DNA of 64,000 nt from Macrostomum lignano (Eukaryota): positions 1 to 64,000 of the forward strand of contig NIVC01002709.1 of the NCBI GenBank assembly GCA_002269645.1, written 5' to 3'. Shown in pieces: positions 40,289 to 53,600 of this stretch. The notes under the pieces were generated by a model, which saw only the letters and a list, made by a program, of their open reading frames with translations, was not told the origin of the DNA and did no database searches. Every line of letters begins with the position of its first letter. Position 1 is the first letter of the stretch. Both the position numbers and the translations under genes were made by a program.

Positions 40289-41532
40289 TATTGGTTTTGA
40301 CAATCAATATGAGAAAATGGACAATCAAAATGAAAACAGCCGTAGAGATCTGCATGCAGCAGCTCAGCTCAGCTTCGCAGCAGCTTAAGCCATAGACTTT
40401 TGACGATCAAAATGAGAATTGGACAATCAAAATGGCAACGCGCGGTTAGTTTAGCGAGGCAGCACATTTAAGCATTAGCCAGCCATCTTTCTCAGCCATC
40501 TCTCCAGTTTGCTGGTGATGGCACCACCTGTGAGTCCAGATGACAGACGTCGGCTCATCGAGGCAATAGATCGAGGTACACCGGTCAAGGACGCAGCAAT
40601 AATCCTTCAGCTGTCAAGTTCAACTGCTCATCGCATCGTGAAGCTGTACAGGAATGAGGGAAGGATGAACGGTATGCCTCGTGGAGGCCGAAAAGAAGCA
40701 AGGTGCAAGGTGGATGAGGAGATTCGTGAATTTCTGGAAGCAGAGGTGAACCGCAACCCGTTCCTCACCCTGAGCGAGATGGCACAGCGGGTCAACAACA
40801 ATTTCCCGGACAAACTGGACATCTCATACAGAACTGTGGACAGAAATCTACAGGGACTGATGTACACAGTTAAGCTGGCCACCAAGGGCACGGATGTGCG
40901 CTCGAGAACGAACAGCCAGGAGAACATTGAGGCTCGGCGAGAGTACGCAGAGTTCGTGCTGAATTTGGACCCTGCAGTACGGTTGGTGTTTCTCGATGAA
41001 ACGGGATTCAATTTGTGGACCAGACGATCACAGGGTCGCAGCCTGAAAGGTGAAGAGGTCAGGCGTACGCAGCGCAGACCAAATGTGACTGTTTGCATGG
41101 CGATAGTCGCTGAGTTTGGCCTCGTGCACTCGTCGGTGTTCCGAGGAGGCCAGACGAACGCCAGATTTCAGATCTTCATCGACGAACTGAGCGAGGAATG
41201 CCACCGTCTTGATGCTGCGGCTTCGTGGATTGTCGTGATGGACGGTCCGCATTTCCATCGAGCAGCACGCATTCCGCAACATCTGCAGCACGCTGTGCCC
41301 ATCCGCATTCTTCCGGGATATTCACCTTTTCTGAACCCTTCGGAATTCGCCAACAGTTGCCTGAAGGCCAAGATCAAAAGCAGACTTGAGAATCCAATTC
41401 TCATTTCGATCGTCAAAAAGTCTATGGCCTAAGCCGCAGCTGCTGCGAAGCTGAGCTGAGCTGCTGCATGCAGATCTACGGCTGTTTTCATTTTGATTGT
41501 CCATTTTCTCACATTGATTGTCAAAACCAATA
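40289..41532 (+). mobile_element. IS630/Tc1-mariner-like transposase (ORF 40518-41432) inside long composite inverted repeats
   Basis: HTH N-terminus, VFLDETGFN...VMDGPHFH...LPGYSPFLNPSE (33 residues between the second D and E); outer arms 40289-40382 and 41435-41532, inner arms starting CATAGAC at 40391 and ending GTCTATG at 41426. Confidence 0.88.
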
Positions 41533-41919
41533 TTCCTACCATGATCATGCTTATTCAGCCACCCTGATGAAAAAAATTCGATGCGAAATAATTTTCGCTT
41601 TGTGCTACTCTTCCTGTGAAGCTGTGGGAAAGTAGTAGGGAGTAGAATCACCATATCACCAATCAGACGATATCACACTCCCATGGCCGTGCTTGTAATT
41701 TTAGTTTTTTGTGTTTTTGAGTAATCATAGATCAGCGAAGAGCCTCATTATTTTATTCTGCGGCAAAAAAACTGTGCAGGCGCAGTAGTCCTAACAAAAT
41801 CTCGAGCCCAGTGAGAAGCTTACATTTGCAATTCCGATGCCTACAAGAGCCCGTATTTGACACGCTTCCATGCATTTTCATCTGGAGACAGTGAAGAGGT
41901 ATGTACTTCAAAGAAAACA

Positions 41920-42691
41920 TAGTTGTCTCTTGTGTTGTAATTTTTCTTATTCGATTTTGGAATCGTTGCAGTGTTCAAACTCTCTCTGACATCTTCCAGG
42001 TGCGAAGACTGAGCTCGCCGATTGTTTCGAGGTGACCTTCTGGGAAAAGCAAACGAACTCAAATAGAAGAGAGCGGTTGTGTGCAGCTTATACTTCAGGG
42101 ATGAGATGTACACCTGTCCAAATCACCGTCACGAGCCGGGAACGCGCCTTTTAAGCAGTAAATATCCTGCATTGAACCTTTGCAAGGACGTTACTGCTGA
42201 ACAACACCGAAAAGCACCGGTAGTTCGAAGCGAGGAAGCTGGATCTTGCTAGAAGTCAAGTTTTTAGAGGCTGAAACGCCAGATAATTGCTGTCAAGTCT
42301 AAGAATTCAACGTTGGAAGCAGCTTTTCGCCGCAGCCGCTTCGCATCAAAATGCTTCCAAAATGCCGTCATTCAAGATCTATTTTTTAATTCAAAGAGAC
42401 TTAGACCTGTCTGGACGGGTGATTCCATTTCATTTGCAACTGGGATAATTCACTACAGTCCTCGATGCCACTGCTACCTGCGAAGCATGGGATTTTGCTT
42501 GACTTCTAGATCGACAGTACACAGAAGCATCCGGAAACTTTATCCTGCGACAGCCGGGTGTTTGTCCCGCGATAGAGTCAACTGCCACTTCCATCGCAAG
42601 GTCAATGACGCCAGCGGAAAAAAACTTGCTGTAGCGTCTATGGAAATACTTGTGCATTGACTTGCTAAGTGAAGCTTGCTAGTAAAAATTC

Positions 42692-42737
<46 letters not shown>

Positions 42738-43400
42738 ACTGCTTTTTTTGTTTCGGCTAAGAGCCGGGCCCAAATATACTGAGGGCATAAATCGAGGTTC
42801 TTCTTTACCAACTGATACCTCGCGTCTTTGCGCTCCCTTACTTCGACACAACACTTGCACACTTAGTATCGATGGCATGGCCCTCTCTGCTGCTTTGCGT
42901 TATGAACGCCATTCGGATTCTATTGTTGTCTTTGAGGACTGTGACACCGATTCCGATGGCAAAACTAATCTCGTTGCAAATGAATTCGTTGCAGTGTGGC
43001 TAAAGGGTGTTTTTTTCAAAATGGAAACAGCCTATTGGACAGCCTGGCCGGTGGCGGTTTGGGCAAAAGCTGGCAGAATGTCTAGCATCGTGCACGAAGG
43101 TGGGATTTAACGTGGCAGCAATCGTTTGCGACCAGGAGCCAAGGTGTTGAGCCGTCTCATTCCTCGGTAGAACAGGACATTAAGCTGGATGAGACGACGA
43201 TGACGTTCTAATCTTCATCGAAGTTCCACTCCATTGATGGATCGACTGGCTTGGAAAGCTAAAGTTCCTTAAACGTACTGAAAAAGTTTTCAAGGGACTG
43301 AGCTTTCACAAGGGCTGGTAAGTCAGTCTGCGATCCTTGAATGCTGTTTCAGAGTCTGATTAGGACAGGCGTACACGGCGCGGTCCTACGAATGCTGATA
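41920..43400 (+). mobile_element. Decayed THAP-domain P-element-like (THAP9-like) transposase
   Basis: THAP second half (VVCSLYF...RLLSSKYPALNL) at about 42080-42180; FATGIIHYSPRCHCYLRS...SRSTVHR; CTLSIDGMALSAALRYERHSDSIVVFED...ANEFVAVWLKG; many stops and frameshifts; interrupted by (CA)n at 42686-42740. Confidence 0.78.
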
Positions 43401-43429
43401 ATCCAGCAACAAATAAGCAAATCAAAATT

Positions 43430-43890
43430 TTTACTACTAACATTGTCGAGTTGCTGCTGTTCGCCTGTATCTGGCACATCTGCCAGCGGACTGTAAGGTA
43501 TACTGTTTCTGAGACCTTTGGTCAAGTTTTTCCTGGAAAAAGGTAACGTCCTTCGTAGGTAATTGGAAAAACACTCTGAACGACCCCATGGTCACCAACA
43601 TCTCTATGCGTGCTGGACGATCTACCAGGTATACTAACCACTGCATTAGACCTACTACGGTGGTTACAACGCTGTGATAGTGTTCAGATCTGCGATGCCC
43701 CGACCACGGTTCCGGCTGTCAGTGTCAATCCGGCGTCTCTCATCGTGTCAGGTGGTGCGACCGCGACGGGTACTCTAACTGGCCAGCCTCAACAGTTTGT
43801 TGGGCCTTTTAACAATTGTACCTTCGACTTTTTATTACGAGTGATTGAGCAGGCATTTGCAGGTGAGTCATTGCTCACGCGTGCCTAGTA
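43430..43890 (+). pseudogene. Crypton-type tyrosine recombinase remnant 2
   Basis: CRVAAVRLYLAHLP...FLRP...NISMRAGRSTRYTNHCIRPTTVVTTL, closely resembling the Crypton at 55050-55290, plus the C-terminal FNNCTF. Confidence 0.7.
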
Positions 43891-44547
43891 TTTGCTAGCA
43901 ATTTGTTCACCGTTTGAAAGGAAATATAAAAACACCATCCTAACGTACTGAATGGTTAATAAGTTTTTCGTGTTCTATTCTCTAGTTATTAGTTTACTAT
44001 ATTTTATTTGATAATATGAATAAAATACCATCTATCATAAAGCAATAAAAACAACTTGTACTGTAAAAATGAAAAAATACAATATCCGTTATGTATCTCT
44101 TTAGAAAAAAAGTGTGGAAGCACGCATGTTCACAGAATACGAGCGTAGCATGTAGGTACACCATTTTACCTCCATTTTCATTCAAACTCAGCTTCTCTTT
44201 CGACAGTGGGAACTTTATCTTCGACACTTCAAGCTTAGAATCTTTGAAACTACATCCACTTCAAACAAACTCCATTTCATCATTGACAATTGAAAGTGAA
44301 GGTCAATTCTAACCTCAAGAAACTGCTTCCCTGCGGTCAAATTTGTACCAAATTTTTACAGTTGTTCATTAAAGCAGTGTACGATCAGAATCTCCTTTCT
44401 GTACGGATAGCTTCGCACCAAAGCAAACTGAAATGTTGGAAAACGAAATTACACTACAGTGATAGGCACATGTCTAAAATATTGAAAACTTCACTTCCTC
44501 TTTTGACAAAGTCCACTTCATATCTACAGTCTTACAGTCTATGATTC

Positions 44548-45727
44548 TGTAGTGAAACTAAAACTTAACTTAGATTTGAATTGCAATATATTTTATGAGT
44601 TAACGATGAAAAGGATTGGGGCGAGAAACTTAACTGCAAGAAAGAACTGTAAAAGGAAATTAGTTTATGGTAAATTATGACAAACTGAGTCGCAAATAAA
44701 AAGTACAACACAGTACAATACAACACAAAAGTTTCACTACAAATTGGTCAGGTAAGGCGGCGAAAGATATCACCCGCATACTCAGTACTCACATAAGACG
44801 AATCCAATGACGGACAGTGTCAGCAACAGTTCCTTTCCTACACCACCTACAACCACGCAAGCCGCACCAAGTTCGGCCGCACCAGTGGTTACACCTGCAG
44901 TAGGAAACGCCGCCGACACCGCTTCAGTCTCCCTGGCTCACCTGAAGCTGCCAATCTTCTATCGCAACAACCCGGAAGCATGGTTCTTCACGCTGGAGGC
45001 CCAGTTTATGCTCAACAGGGCGACCAGCGAGACCGCCAAATTTTATCACCTAGTCTCTAATCTACCGGAGGATATCGCGGCCCTGCACTTGTCCGCTCAG
45101 ACTCCGAAACAGTACGAACAACTGAAAACAGCGATTACATCGACTCTGCAGAAGTCCAAGCAGGAGAAGGTTTCGGAAGTATTGCAAGTCTCGGACCTCG
45201 GAGAAGACAAGCCATCAATCTTCATGCGCAAGCTCCGGAGCAAGATGGAGCAGTGCCAGATACAGCCCGACGAGGAACTCCTCAAGGCCACACTGATGAG
45301 CTGTCTTCCACAGGACCTTCGTATCGCATTTTCGGGATTCCAACAGCAGTCATCCCAGCAAATTTCCGAGATTGCTGACTCAATGTTGATCGTCAGAAGC
45401 CTTAGCTCTCCATCACCAGCGACAGTTTGCCCAATTCAGCAGGCCGGTGCAGACCGGACACCCCAACAGCACTTTGAGCAAGCTCCACACCAACAAGCAC
45501 CTGGTAAGCCCACTGGAACAGACCCATTTAAGCCTGGCCAACGCTCCGTCGTTTGCCGCTCACACCTCTACTATGGCCGCCGTGCTCAATCGTGTCGCCC
45601 CTGGTGCCAGTTTCCCAAGGACAGCTCGCGTCCGATCCGAAAACACGAGGCGATCCACGTCGTTCATCATTTAGCAACCCATGGACGTGTAGAAAATCCA
45701 TGTCGGACCTGGATAGCAGTTAGCTGA
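44548..45727 (+). mobile_element. Ty3/Gypsy element A: 5' LTR (44548-44741), PBS-like TGG at about 44745, gag ORF 44807-45727; pol absent
   Basis: LTR bounded by a perfect 11-bp inverted repeat TGTAGTGAAAC...GTTTCACTACA; gag LKLPIFYRNNPEAWFFTLEAQF with the C-terminal CRSHLYYGRRAQSCRPWC knuckle. Confidence 0.85.
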
Positions 45728-46165
45728 TAAATTATCTATGTTAACTAGCAATCTGAAAGCTTTATAAAATCGATTTCGGTATCTTGCTTTACATTTCAGA
45801 CCATAGACCATAGATTTTTTTATCCTGGTTAGCTACCAGGGGGGGTCTTTCTCGAAAGCAACTTACGATCGGCCATAGACGTAAGTTGGGTAAGCTACAC
45901 TTGCGGGTTGCTCGAAGGGCTCGCAAGTTAGCTATGCGTAAGATTGATCGCAACTTTACGAGTTCGTAACTTTGCGCAAAAGACTGTTATCGCTTTTGAC
46001 GCTCTAGATAAGACTTTAGACATTCAAAATAAGACTGCATAGGATCGCAAGCAAGGCCAGGCTAGCCACGGCCAGAGCATGCCCAGTCTTGGCTGCAGGA
46101 ATGGCTTGGCCATAGACTAAAAATGGAATATCAAAATGAGAATAAGACGCTCAATATGAATATGT

Positions 46166-48723
46166 ATGGGTTTCACGTCGGCTTCAGAAATTCTACAGCG
46201 TGTGATGTCTACAGTACTCAGCGGCCTGCCAGGAGTGAGATGGGTGCACGACGACATCATTGTGTATGCCCGGGACATCCAGGAGCACAACAGTCGCCTA
46301 GCCAGCTGCCTTCAGCGTCTTCAGGGACACGGCCTGACTCTCAACCCGTCCAAGTGCAAATTTGCGGTGCCGGAGGTCAACTTCCTGGCCATGCGACTGT
46401 CGGCAAAAGGGATCCAGCCAGCTGAAGCCAAGGTGTCGGCGATCAAAAGCTTCAAAGAGCCAACGAACGCCTCGGAAGTCCGCTCCTTCCTCGGTCTGGT
46501 TACGTTTGTCAGTCGCTTCATGCCAGGCCTGGCGGACATGACGAAGCCGTTGCGGGACCTGACCAAGAAGAGTGCAAGCTGGCAGTGGGGCGAGCAGCAG
46601 GCCAAGGCTTTTCAAGAAGTCCAAGATCGCATCGCAGTCGACAGCACACTGATCTTCTTCGACAAGCACCGGCATACCGAACTCGTTGTCGACGCCAGCC
46701 CCATCGGACTCGGCGCCATTCTTTGCCAGATTCAGTCCGACGGCTCATCCAAGCCGGTTGCATTCGCAAGCAGAGCCCTATCGGCAGTCGAGTCGAGGTA
46801 CTCACAGACGGAACGGGAGGCTCTCGCAATCAAGTTCGGCTGCCTGAAATTTCGACACTATCTCAGCGGCGCCGCCAACTTTACTGTCGCCACCGACCAC
46901 AAGCCGCTGACCTTCATGCTCAAGCCCGGCTCGCGCCCACCTCCACGCATCGAGCGCATGGCGCTCAGCATCCAGGACATGCAGTTCAGTGTCATCTATC
47001 GGCCAGGCCCGTTCAACCCGAGCGACATCCTCAGCCGGCAGCCAGAGCCCGCTCCGACATCGATCAACATCGGCGAGATCCTGGACACAAACTTCATCGG
47101 CAGCATCGCGCAAGCGTCGACGCCGAGAGGCCTGTCCCTGCAGCAAGTCCGGGAAGCCACGGCCCGTGATGCCATTCTATCGACTGTGCTGTCATCATTG
47201 AGAACAGGCAATTGGGATCTGCGGGACGACAGCATCCGACGACTGCACGCCGCCAGGCACGAGTTGACGAGGCTTCTGGTGTTCTGCTGCGAGACCAAAG
47301 ATTGGTAATCCCAAAAGCCCAGCGGCCCGTTGTCCTGCAGCTGGCTCATCAAGGACATCAAGGCGAGACCAAAACACTGCGCCGACTCAACTCCAAGGTC
47401 TGGTGGCCCGGAATGACAGCTGAGGCCAAGCAACTGGTGGCACAGTGCCTGGAATGTGCGGCCACCAACCATCAAGCGGAAGTTTCGGCAGCCCCACTGC
47501 AACCGACTGAGCTGCCAGAGTCTGCCTGGTCCACCATCGGCATCGACTTTCTTGGACCTGCCAACGGTCGACATTTCCTGGTGATCATAGACCACTACTC
47601 GCGCTACCCCATCGTCGTGGCGATGAAGTCGATCACAGCTGACCGCACCACCAGACAGTTACAGCAGGTCTTCGCGACCTTCGGGATTCCCCAGCAAATC
47701 GTGACGGACAACGGTCCGACATTCACATCAGAAGCCTTCAGAGTTTTGTCACAAGCCACGGAATCAGCCACCGGCGCATCACACCGTACCATCCCGAGGC
47801 CAATGGCATTACCGAGCGAATCAACAGGTCCCTGAACAAGCTGCTCCGCATCTCCAACGCCCAAGGAACCGACTGGAGGACGGCATTGCAGGAGTGGCTC
47901 GCCGCGTACCGCAGCACTCCGCACACGGCCACAGGAGTCGCCCCAGCCGACCTGATGTTCGGGAGACCAGTCCAAGACTGCATTGCAGGAGTCAAGCCGC
48001 AGGCTGCAGCAAAGACGGTCAGGAACAGAGACCGTCAGTACAAGGCCGCCATGAAGCACTACGCCGACGCGACAAGATCAGCCGCAGAGCATCGCATCCA
48101 AGCTGGCGATAAAGTCATCCGCAGAAAAATTCAGCCATCGAAAACGGACACGCCATTTGAAATTCAGCCTTGGACAGTCACGGAGGTCAAAGGCGATTCT
48201 GTCATCCTGGAGAGCACGGGCGGCAGCAACTGCATGCGCCACGCCAGCAACGTTAAGCGACTGCCAGAGCGGCCAACAGGAGACGGACCAGACGAGACCG
48301 GCGGTCCAGAAGGCGACCCGACGGCCGCTTCGGCACCCGCGGAGCCGCCGGCCGCAGCCGGTGCGGGGGAGCTGCCAATCGCGAACCGTCCGCATCCAAG
48401 AAGCTGCAAATTACCGCAACCTAATTATAGGACCTGATTTTTTTCGTGCATAAACTGACGAACCTATAAACCTCTTTTTGCTTTTTTGCGCATGACATTC
48501 ATTTTTTTTAAATCCGATTTTAATCCGTTAATCTCCGCGAAGGGGAAAGATGTTGTACTCTGCCCCCCCCCTTTCTCGGCACGTTGATTTTAACTCCTGT
48601 CAATCAATCGAAGCAATCGATTACAGAGCTTTGAGCTCAAATATATAATCGCACCCCACGCCCAAGTCGGGGCCATAAGCTTTTGGTTCATCTAAACTTC
48701 TGTCTCTCGCGTCAGTCACTACA
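46166..48723 (+). mobile_element. Ty3/Gypsy element B (Mag/K02A2.6-like): 5'-truncated RT-RNaseH-integrase with frameshifts, PPT, 3' LTR 48551-48723
   Basis: VHDDII, RNaseH VDASPIGLGA...YSQTEREALA...TDHKPL, integrase HQGHQG...WWPGM...C-x-x-C, IDFLGP, TDNGPTF; PPT GAAGGGGAAAGA followed by TG...CA. Confidence 0.93.
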
Positions 48724-51228
48724 ATGAGCGACTGGTAAATTACCAGTTAGCAGCAGCTAAAATTACCGCGGATATTCAGCAGTCTGCTAAAATCTGGTTT
48801 CATGAAGGAACTGGTAAATATCTGCTAGTAAATATCAGTACTGCTATTCTCCCTAGCATAGAATTCGTGCCATAGACATGCGTTTTGCAGCTGAAGAAGA
48901 AGCTGAGTTGGAGAAGGAGAAAGAGAAGGAGCGGGTAGTATATAAGGCTCTAGTTTCGCTAGCTTAGAAGTCAAAACTGAAAAGATTTTAAAAGTGCACA
49001 ACCATGTCCACGCCGGAACAAAAGCTCCTCTTTCTGTCTCGCATGAGAGACAAAAAGGCCGTTTTGTTCGGTAGTTTTGCGGATAACGCAGAAGCCAAAT
49101 CGAAAAAGCGACACACTTGGGAGGAAATCCGAACCACGATGGAGGCAAATGGGTTGTGCAAGACAGTTGCATATCTGCGCGACACAATGTGGAAAAATAT
49201 TCGGATGGCAACAATGAAGAAGCGAGACGCTAGTCGTCAGACGGGCGCCGGAGGAGGGACTCTCGCCAAGGAGACAGATGTGGATCGTATGGTTCTAGAA
49301 GTCATTGGAAAGGAAAGTCCTTCGGTATGTGGGCTTGATGTCGAAGAAAGTGTGCCGAAGACCCGATGCCGCTTCCGATGCATCTGTCCATATAGACAAC
49401 TTAAACCGTACTATGCCTAGCAGCTCGGCGGAAAAGCCATCCATGGCCAGGCCTTCGATGTTGGCCCTGCTCAGCGACGTAGCAGGCGAAGCGCCATCGA
49501 CCCCACGTCGAAGGAAGCCGGAGAAGATGACGGAAAAAGGAGAGTTGGTTCTCGAGTTTCTACGACTACGCAACAAAAAGCTGCGCCTGGAAATCCGAAA
49601 ACTTGAACTCGAGCAGCAAGATGATATAGCTCGTACTATGCTAAAGCTGTTATTTAGATTGAATGAACACCAAAAAACGCATTGTGTTGTTTAAATTTGT
49701 TGCATCATTTATTCACGCGTTTATTAGTTTCAGTGTTTATAACAGTGTTTATCAATTAATTTAAAAGCCTTAACTTTCAAACAAATGACAGGATTAAAAT
49801 TGAATAACGCTGTGTTCGCAAAAGTTGCATACATAAACGTTTAACATTAACATTAACATTTGTTCTTTAACATGCTTTTCAATAGTTAGTTTCTGTTATC
49901 GATTGAAATTAGTCATTGGAATAATTCAATAAGTTGTCTCCCCCGGTTGTCGTTTGCGTTCACTACTTCGCCCTCCATGGGTATATCGATGCCCACCATC
50001 GGATGCAAAAGCTCTGCTGCCAAATTGTCGTCAACTTGTCCTTCGAGTTGAATGCAAAGATTGTGCAGAACAACACACGCCTTGACTATCTCAGCAGAGT
50101 AAGCAGGACCTTGAACGCGCAGACCATTGAGACAGGGGAAGCGCAATTTTAGCAGTCCGATACTGCGCTCTACGACTGATCGCGTCTTCTTTTGAGCCCT
50201 GTTAAATGCGGCGGTTGCTGGAGGCAGATTGTCGCCTAGAACAGGTGGTATTAACCAATCCAAGCAAGGAAAAATACTGTCACCGAGTATGACGGCTCCT
50301 GGGATTGGACGCCATTGCTCCATCTGGAAACGTGTAAACAGACACCCTTGCGTCGCTTACACTTCCCGGCCATGATGCGTTGCAGTAATAAAATTAATGA
50401 TCTGGTCCGCTCACAAGAAGCACGTTCAACGAGTGTTGACCTTTACGGTCCACGAACTGGTTTTCGTGAAGTCCAGGTTTCTTAATGGGAATAAGGGTCC
50501 CATCGATGAGTCCACAGACAGAATGCATTCCTGCGATGTTAAAGAACTTCTGCACAACGTTGTTGATGTCCGGCCAAGCAACGGTATGGTGAAAAAGCTC
50601 AGAGTTAATGGCAGTCGTTACGCGGCGCACAACTCTTGTGACAGGCGACTCGGAAGGCCCGTGTGCGTCTGGAAGTACGTGGTAGAAGCCGTTACAGGCG
50701 TAGAAACGCAATGCGGTCAACGCTTGCTCCTTGGCACTCAATTGACCTCTTCGAACGCTACCATACTCCAAGGTTGGGCGAATTCGTTCGAGCAGATGCT
50801 CGAACGTAGGTGGCAACATTCTAAAGCGCTGTCTAAAATCCCAGTCCTCGACGAAGTTCATGCGCTCTCGAAATTCCCTTGGACGCGGCCCAGGTTCCTC
50901 TTCGAGCAAATTAAGGGCGTCGTATATAGGCAGCTCCATTTCTTAGACACCTAAGTAGGATGCTAAGTTTTAACCGTGGAAAATGTGGTTATTTTAGCAG
51001 CGCTGGTATACTCCTGAAACCAACCGTTACCAACCCCCGAGAACACCATATCTTACTTTGAGCCATAGACATAGACGTTCTAAATCAATACAAGTTTTAC
51101 CAGTCAATTCGTGAAACCACAGCTCACCAGACTGCTAATAGTTAGCAGCTGCTAAAGTTCGCCATGAAACCAAACTTCAAGTAGCTGCGGTTATTTACCA
51201 GTTACCAGTTGCTCATGAAATCGGTCCC
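48724..51228. mobile_element. PIF/Harbinger element 1: Myb/SANT-like ORF (+, 49004-49694) and HARBI1-like DDE nuclease (-, 50939-49913), tail to tail, decayed
   Basis: LIDGTLIPI...FVDRKGQHSLNV...SWPGS...LGDS...RSVVERSIGLLKLRFPCL; Myb W-x-EI...LRDTMWKN; TIR match ATGAGC(G/A)ACTGGTAA at 48724-48738 and 51202-51216. Confidence 0.9.
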
Positions 51229-51230
51229 AG

Positions 51231-53600
51231 GGCCTATCACCGGTAGCCTATCAGTTACCAGTGCTGACAATTTCGATTTACGAAGATTTTACATCTTGAT
51301 AAAAGATGTTGCTTGGTTGATAAGTAGCCAACCAGTGCGTAAAATTTGGTGAATGGACTGAAGCTCGCTTGCTAACAAATTTGGAAGTTGGCCCGGCCCA
51401 TAAGGCAAACAAAACGAAAGTCGCGACAAGTAGAAAGGGACGAGACATCTTCTCTTAAAAGTCGCTTCGTATTTCTCCATTTCTGAGTGGAAAGAGCTCA
51501 CTAGCTTTCTTGGTTCGCCACTGTGACTCAATAGAGCTTGGGCCATGCTGTCCAGGGATCAGAAGCGTTTGTCTTTGAGCGAACTTTTAGAGCGCAAAGA
51601 AATCCTGTTTGGAAGCTTTACCAACATCAGTGATGGAAACCGACGGAAGAAGGAAGCATAGTCGGAAATAATTGAGGTGTTGCGCGCAAACGGATACACG
51701 GATGCGGCCACCGTGCAGCATCTCCGTGACGTGACGTGGAAGAACCTGCGGAGTGCGACTCTAAAGAAAGTCGACAACAGTAAACAGACTGGCGCTGCTG
51801 GAGGCAAGGCAGCGGAGTTTTCTGACGTAGACGAGATCGTCCTACAAATCATAGGCAGAGAATCACCAGTGACGCAAGGACTGCGAGTCACTGAGAGCAC
51901 CGTGCTCAAAGATACTCCGTCCTATGCTGCCACATCAGCTAGCGCGTTGAGCATGTCGCTCAGTGCTCCGTCTGCTGTACAGTCACGTTCTACGCCATCA
52001 ATGCTGCAGCTGCTTACTGGAGACGTGAATGAGCAAGACCTTCAGAATTTTCTATCTGGATGGCAATGTGCATCGCTTCCATCTACACCAAAACGCCAGA
52101 TTAGCAGTGGTGGGAGTATGGATCGCAGGACGAGTTACTACTGGAACATCTAGAACTCAGAAACAAGAAGCTGATAGTGGAGATGGCTTTGATCCAATTA
52201 ATATGAACTGTCTTCAAAGGGAATCAGATGGGACGCTGACTGAGCGATCGATATAACTGGTGTTTTGCTGTTGTGTTTTATTTTTTATTACCGCTGCAGT
52301 GTTTAATGTGACGATCGCAGTTTAAAGTGTGTTAATATGTTTAATATACGAGCTACTTATCTTGTCGTTATAGTCTTAACACTTTCGAAACACAGCGAAA
52401 CGATATTGATGAATAAATAGAACAAGAAGAATTCGAATAGAAGTCGAAAAACTAGCTTCAAGAAGAAGACACAGTAATCCTGCGTATAACTTCATTGAAA
52501 AAGACAACGAGTTGATCGCGTCGCGTAAAGTCTTGCTGAATGCCATCGACACCAATCGCAACGTTCTCAATTTCAGCGAAATACTGCAGAACTGCACCGT
52601 CATCAATGGCACCCTCGTGTACGATGCACAAATTGTGCAGCACTGAACAAGCTTTCACGATTTCACATGGCGTACGCGGATCCCTTGACTCTTAACATGC
52701 GCAGACATGGAAATCGAATTTTTAACAAGCCAATGGCCCTTTCAACGATGCTGCGTGAGCAGCAATGAGCTGAGTTAAACCGATTCTCTGCCTGAGTCAG
52801 GTTGTTCCGTAGAATGGGGGGAATCAACCACTGAAGGCAGGGATATATTGAGTCACCAAGCAGGACACATCCAGGAAAAAAAGCGGAAGCCGTGTCGCTC
52901 GAAACTAGTAAACAGATTGGAGTTTCGTAGCACACGTACATCGTTCACGCTCTCTGGCCACGAGGAGTTCATATAGAAAAGTTGGTGCTTCGGTCCGCAG
53001 ACAACCATGATATTCAGTGAATGTCCGCCCTTTCTGTCCACGAACTGAGCCTCGTTCTCATGTGGGGTGCGAATATTAATCAATGTTCCATCTACTGCGC
53101 CACATATGCTAGGCATTCCACCAAGCTGGAAAAATTCCACTGCCAGATTCTTCACACCTTTCTGGGGCCAGCACACGACATCTTGAAATAGTGTATCATT
53201 CATGCCTGAGTGACACGCTTTACACACTGTTGCCTCAGACGGTCCATGTGCGTCCCTGATCAAATGGTAATACGAGTTTGTAGCGTAGAAACGTAGCGCC
53301 GTCAGCATTTGCTGAGTAGGTATCAATGCGCAGCTACGAAGAGTTTGTCGCTGGAGCACAGGTCCGATCAGGCGTTCCAATTCTTCAAACGTATTTCTGT
53401 TCAATCTGAAGCGTTGAACAAAGTCCCTGTCGTCCCCAAAGAATTCTCTCTGGATGTATACCATCTGTGCTCGTTGAACGGGCTCTTCGTTGATATTCCA
53501 CAGTTGAAGAAGGTCCATGATTTTGATATCTATCCTGCTTCGAGGGTGGATTAAAATTTGCTTGATTTTATCTACGATTTCTTACCAGTTGGTAGACTGA
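51231..53600. mobile_element. PIF/Harbinger element 2, paralogous to element 1 and in the same orientation; decayed
   Basis: Myb-like ORF from 51546 (LRDVTWKNLR, SKQTGAAGG) and nuclease (-) 53518 to about 52460 (AVDGTLI, FVDRKGGHSLN, LLGDSIYP, IVERAIGLLKIRFP); the ends are approximate. Confidence 0.87.
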
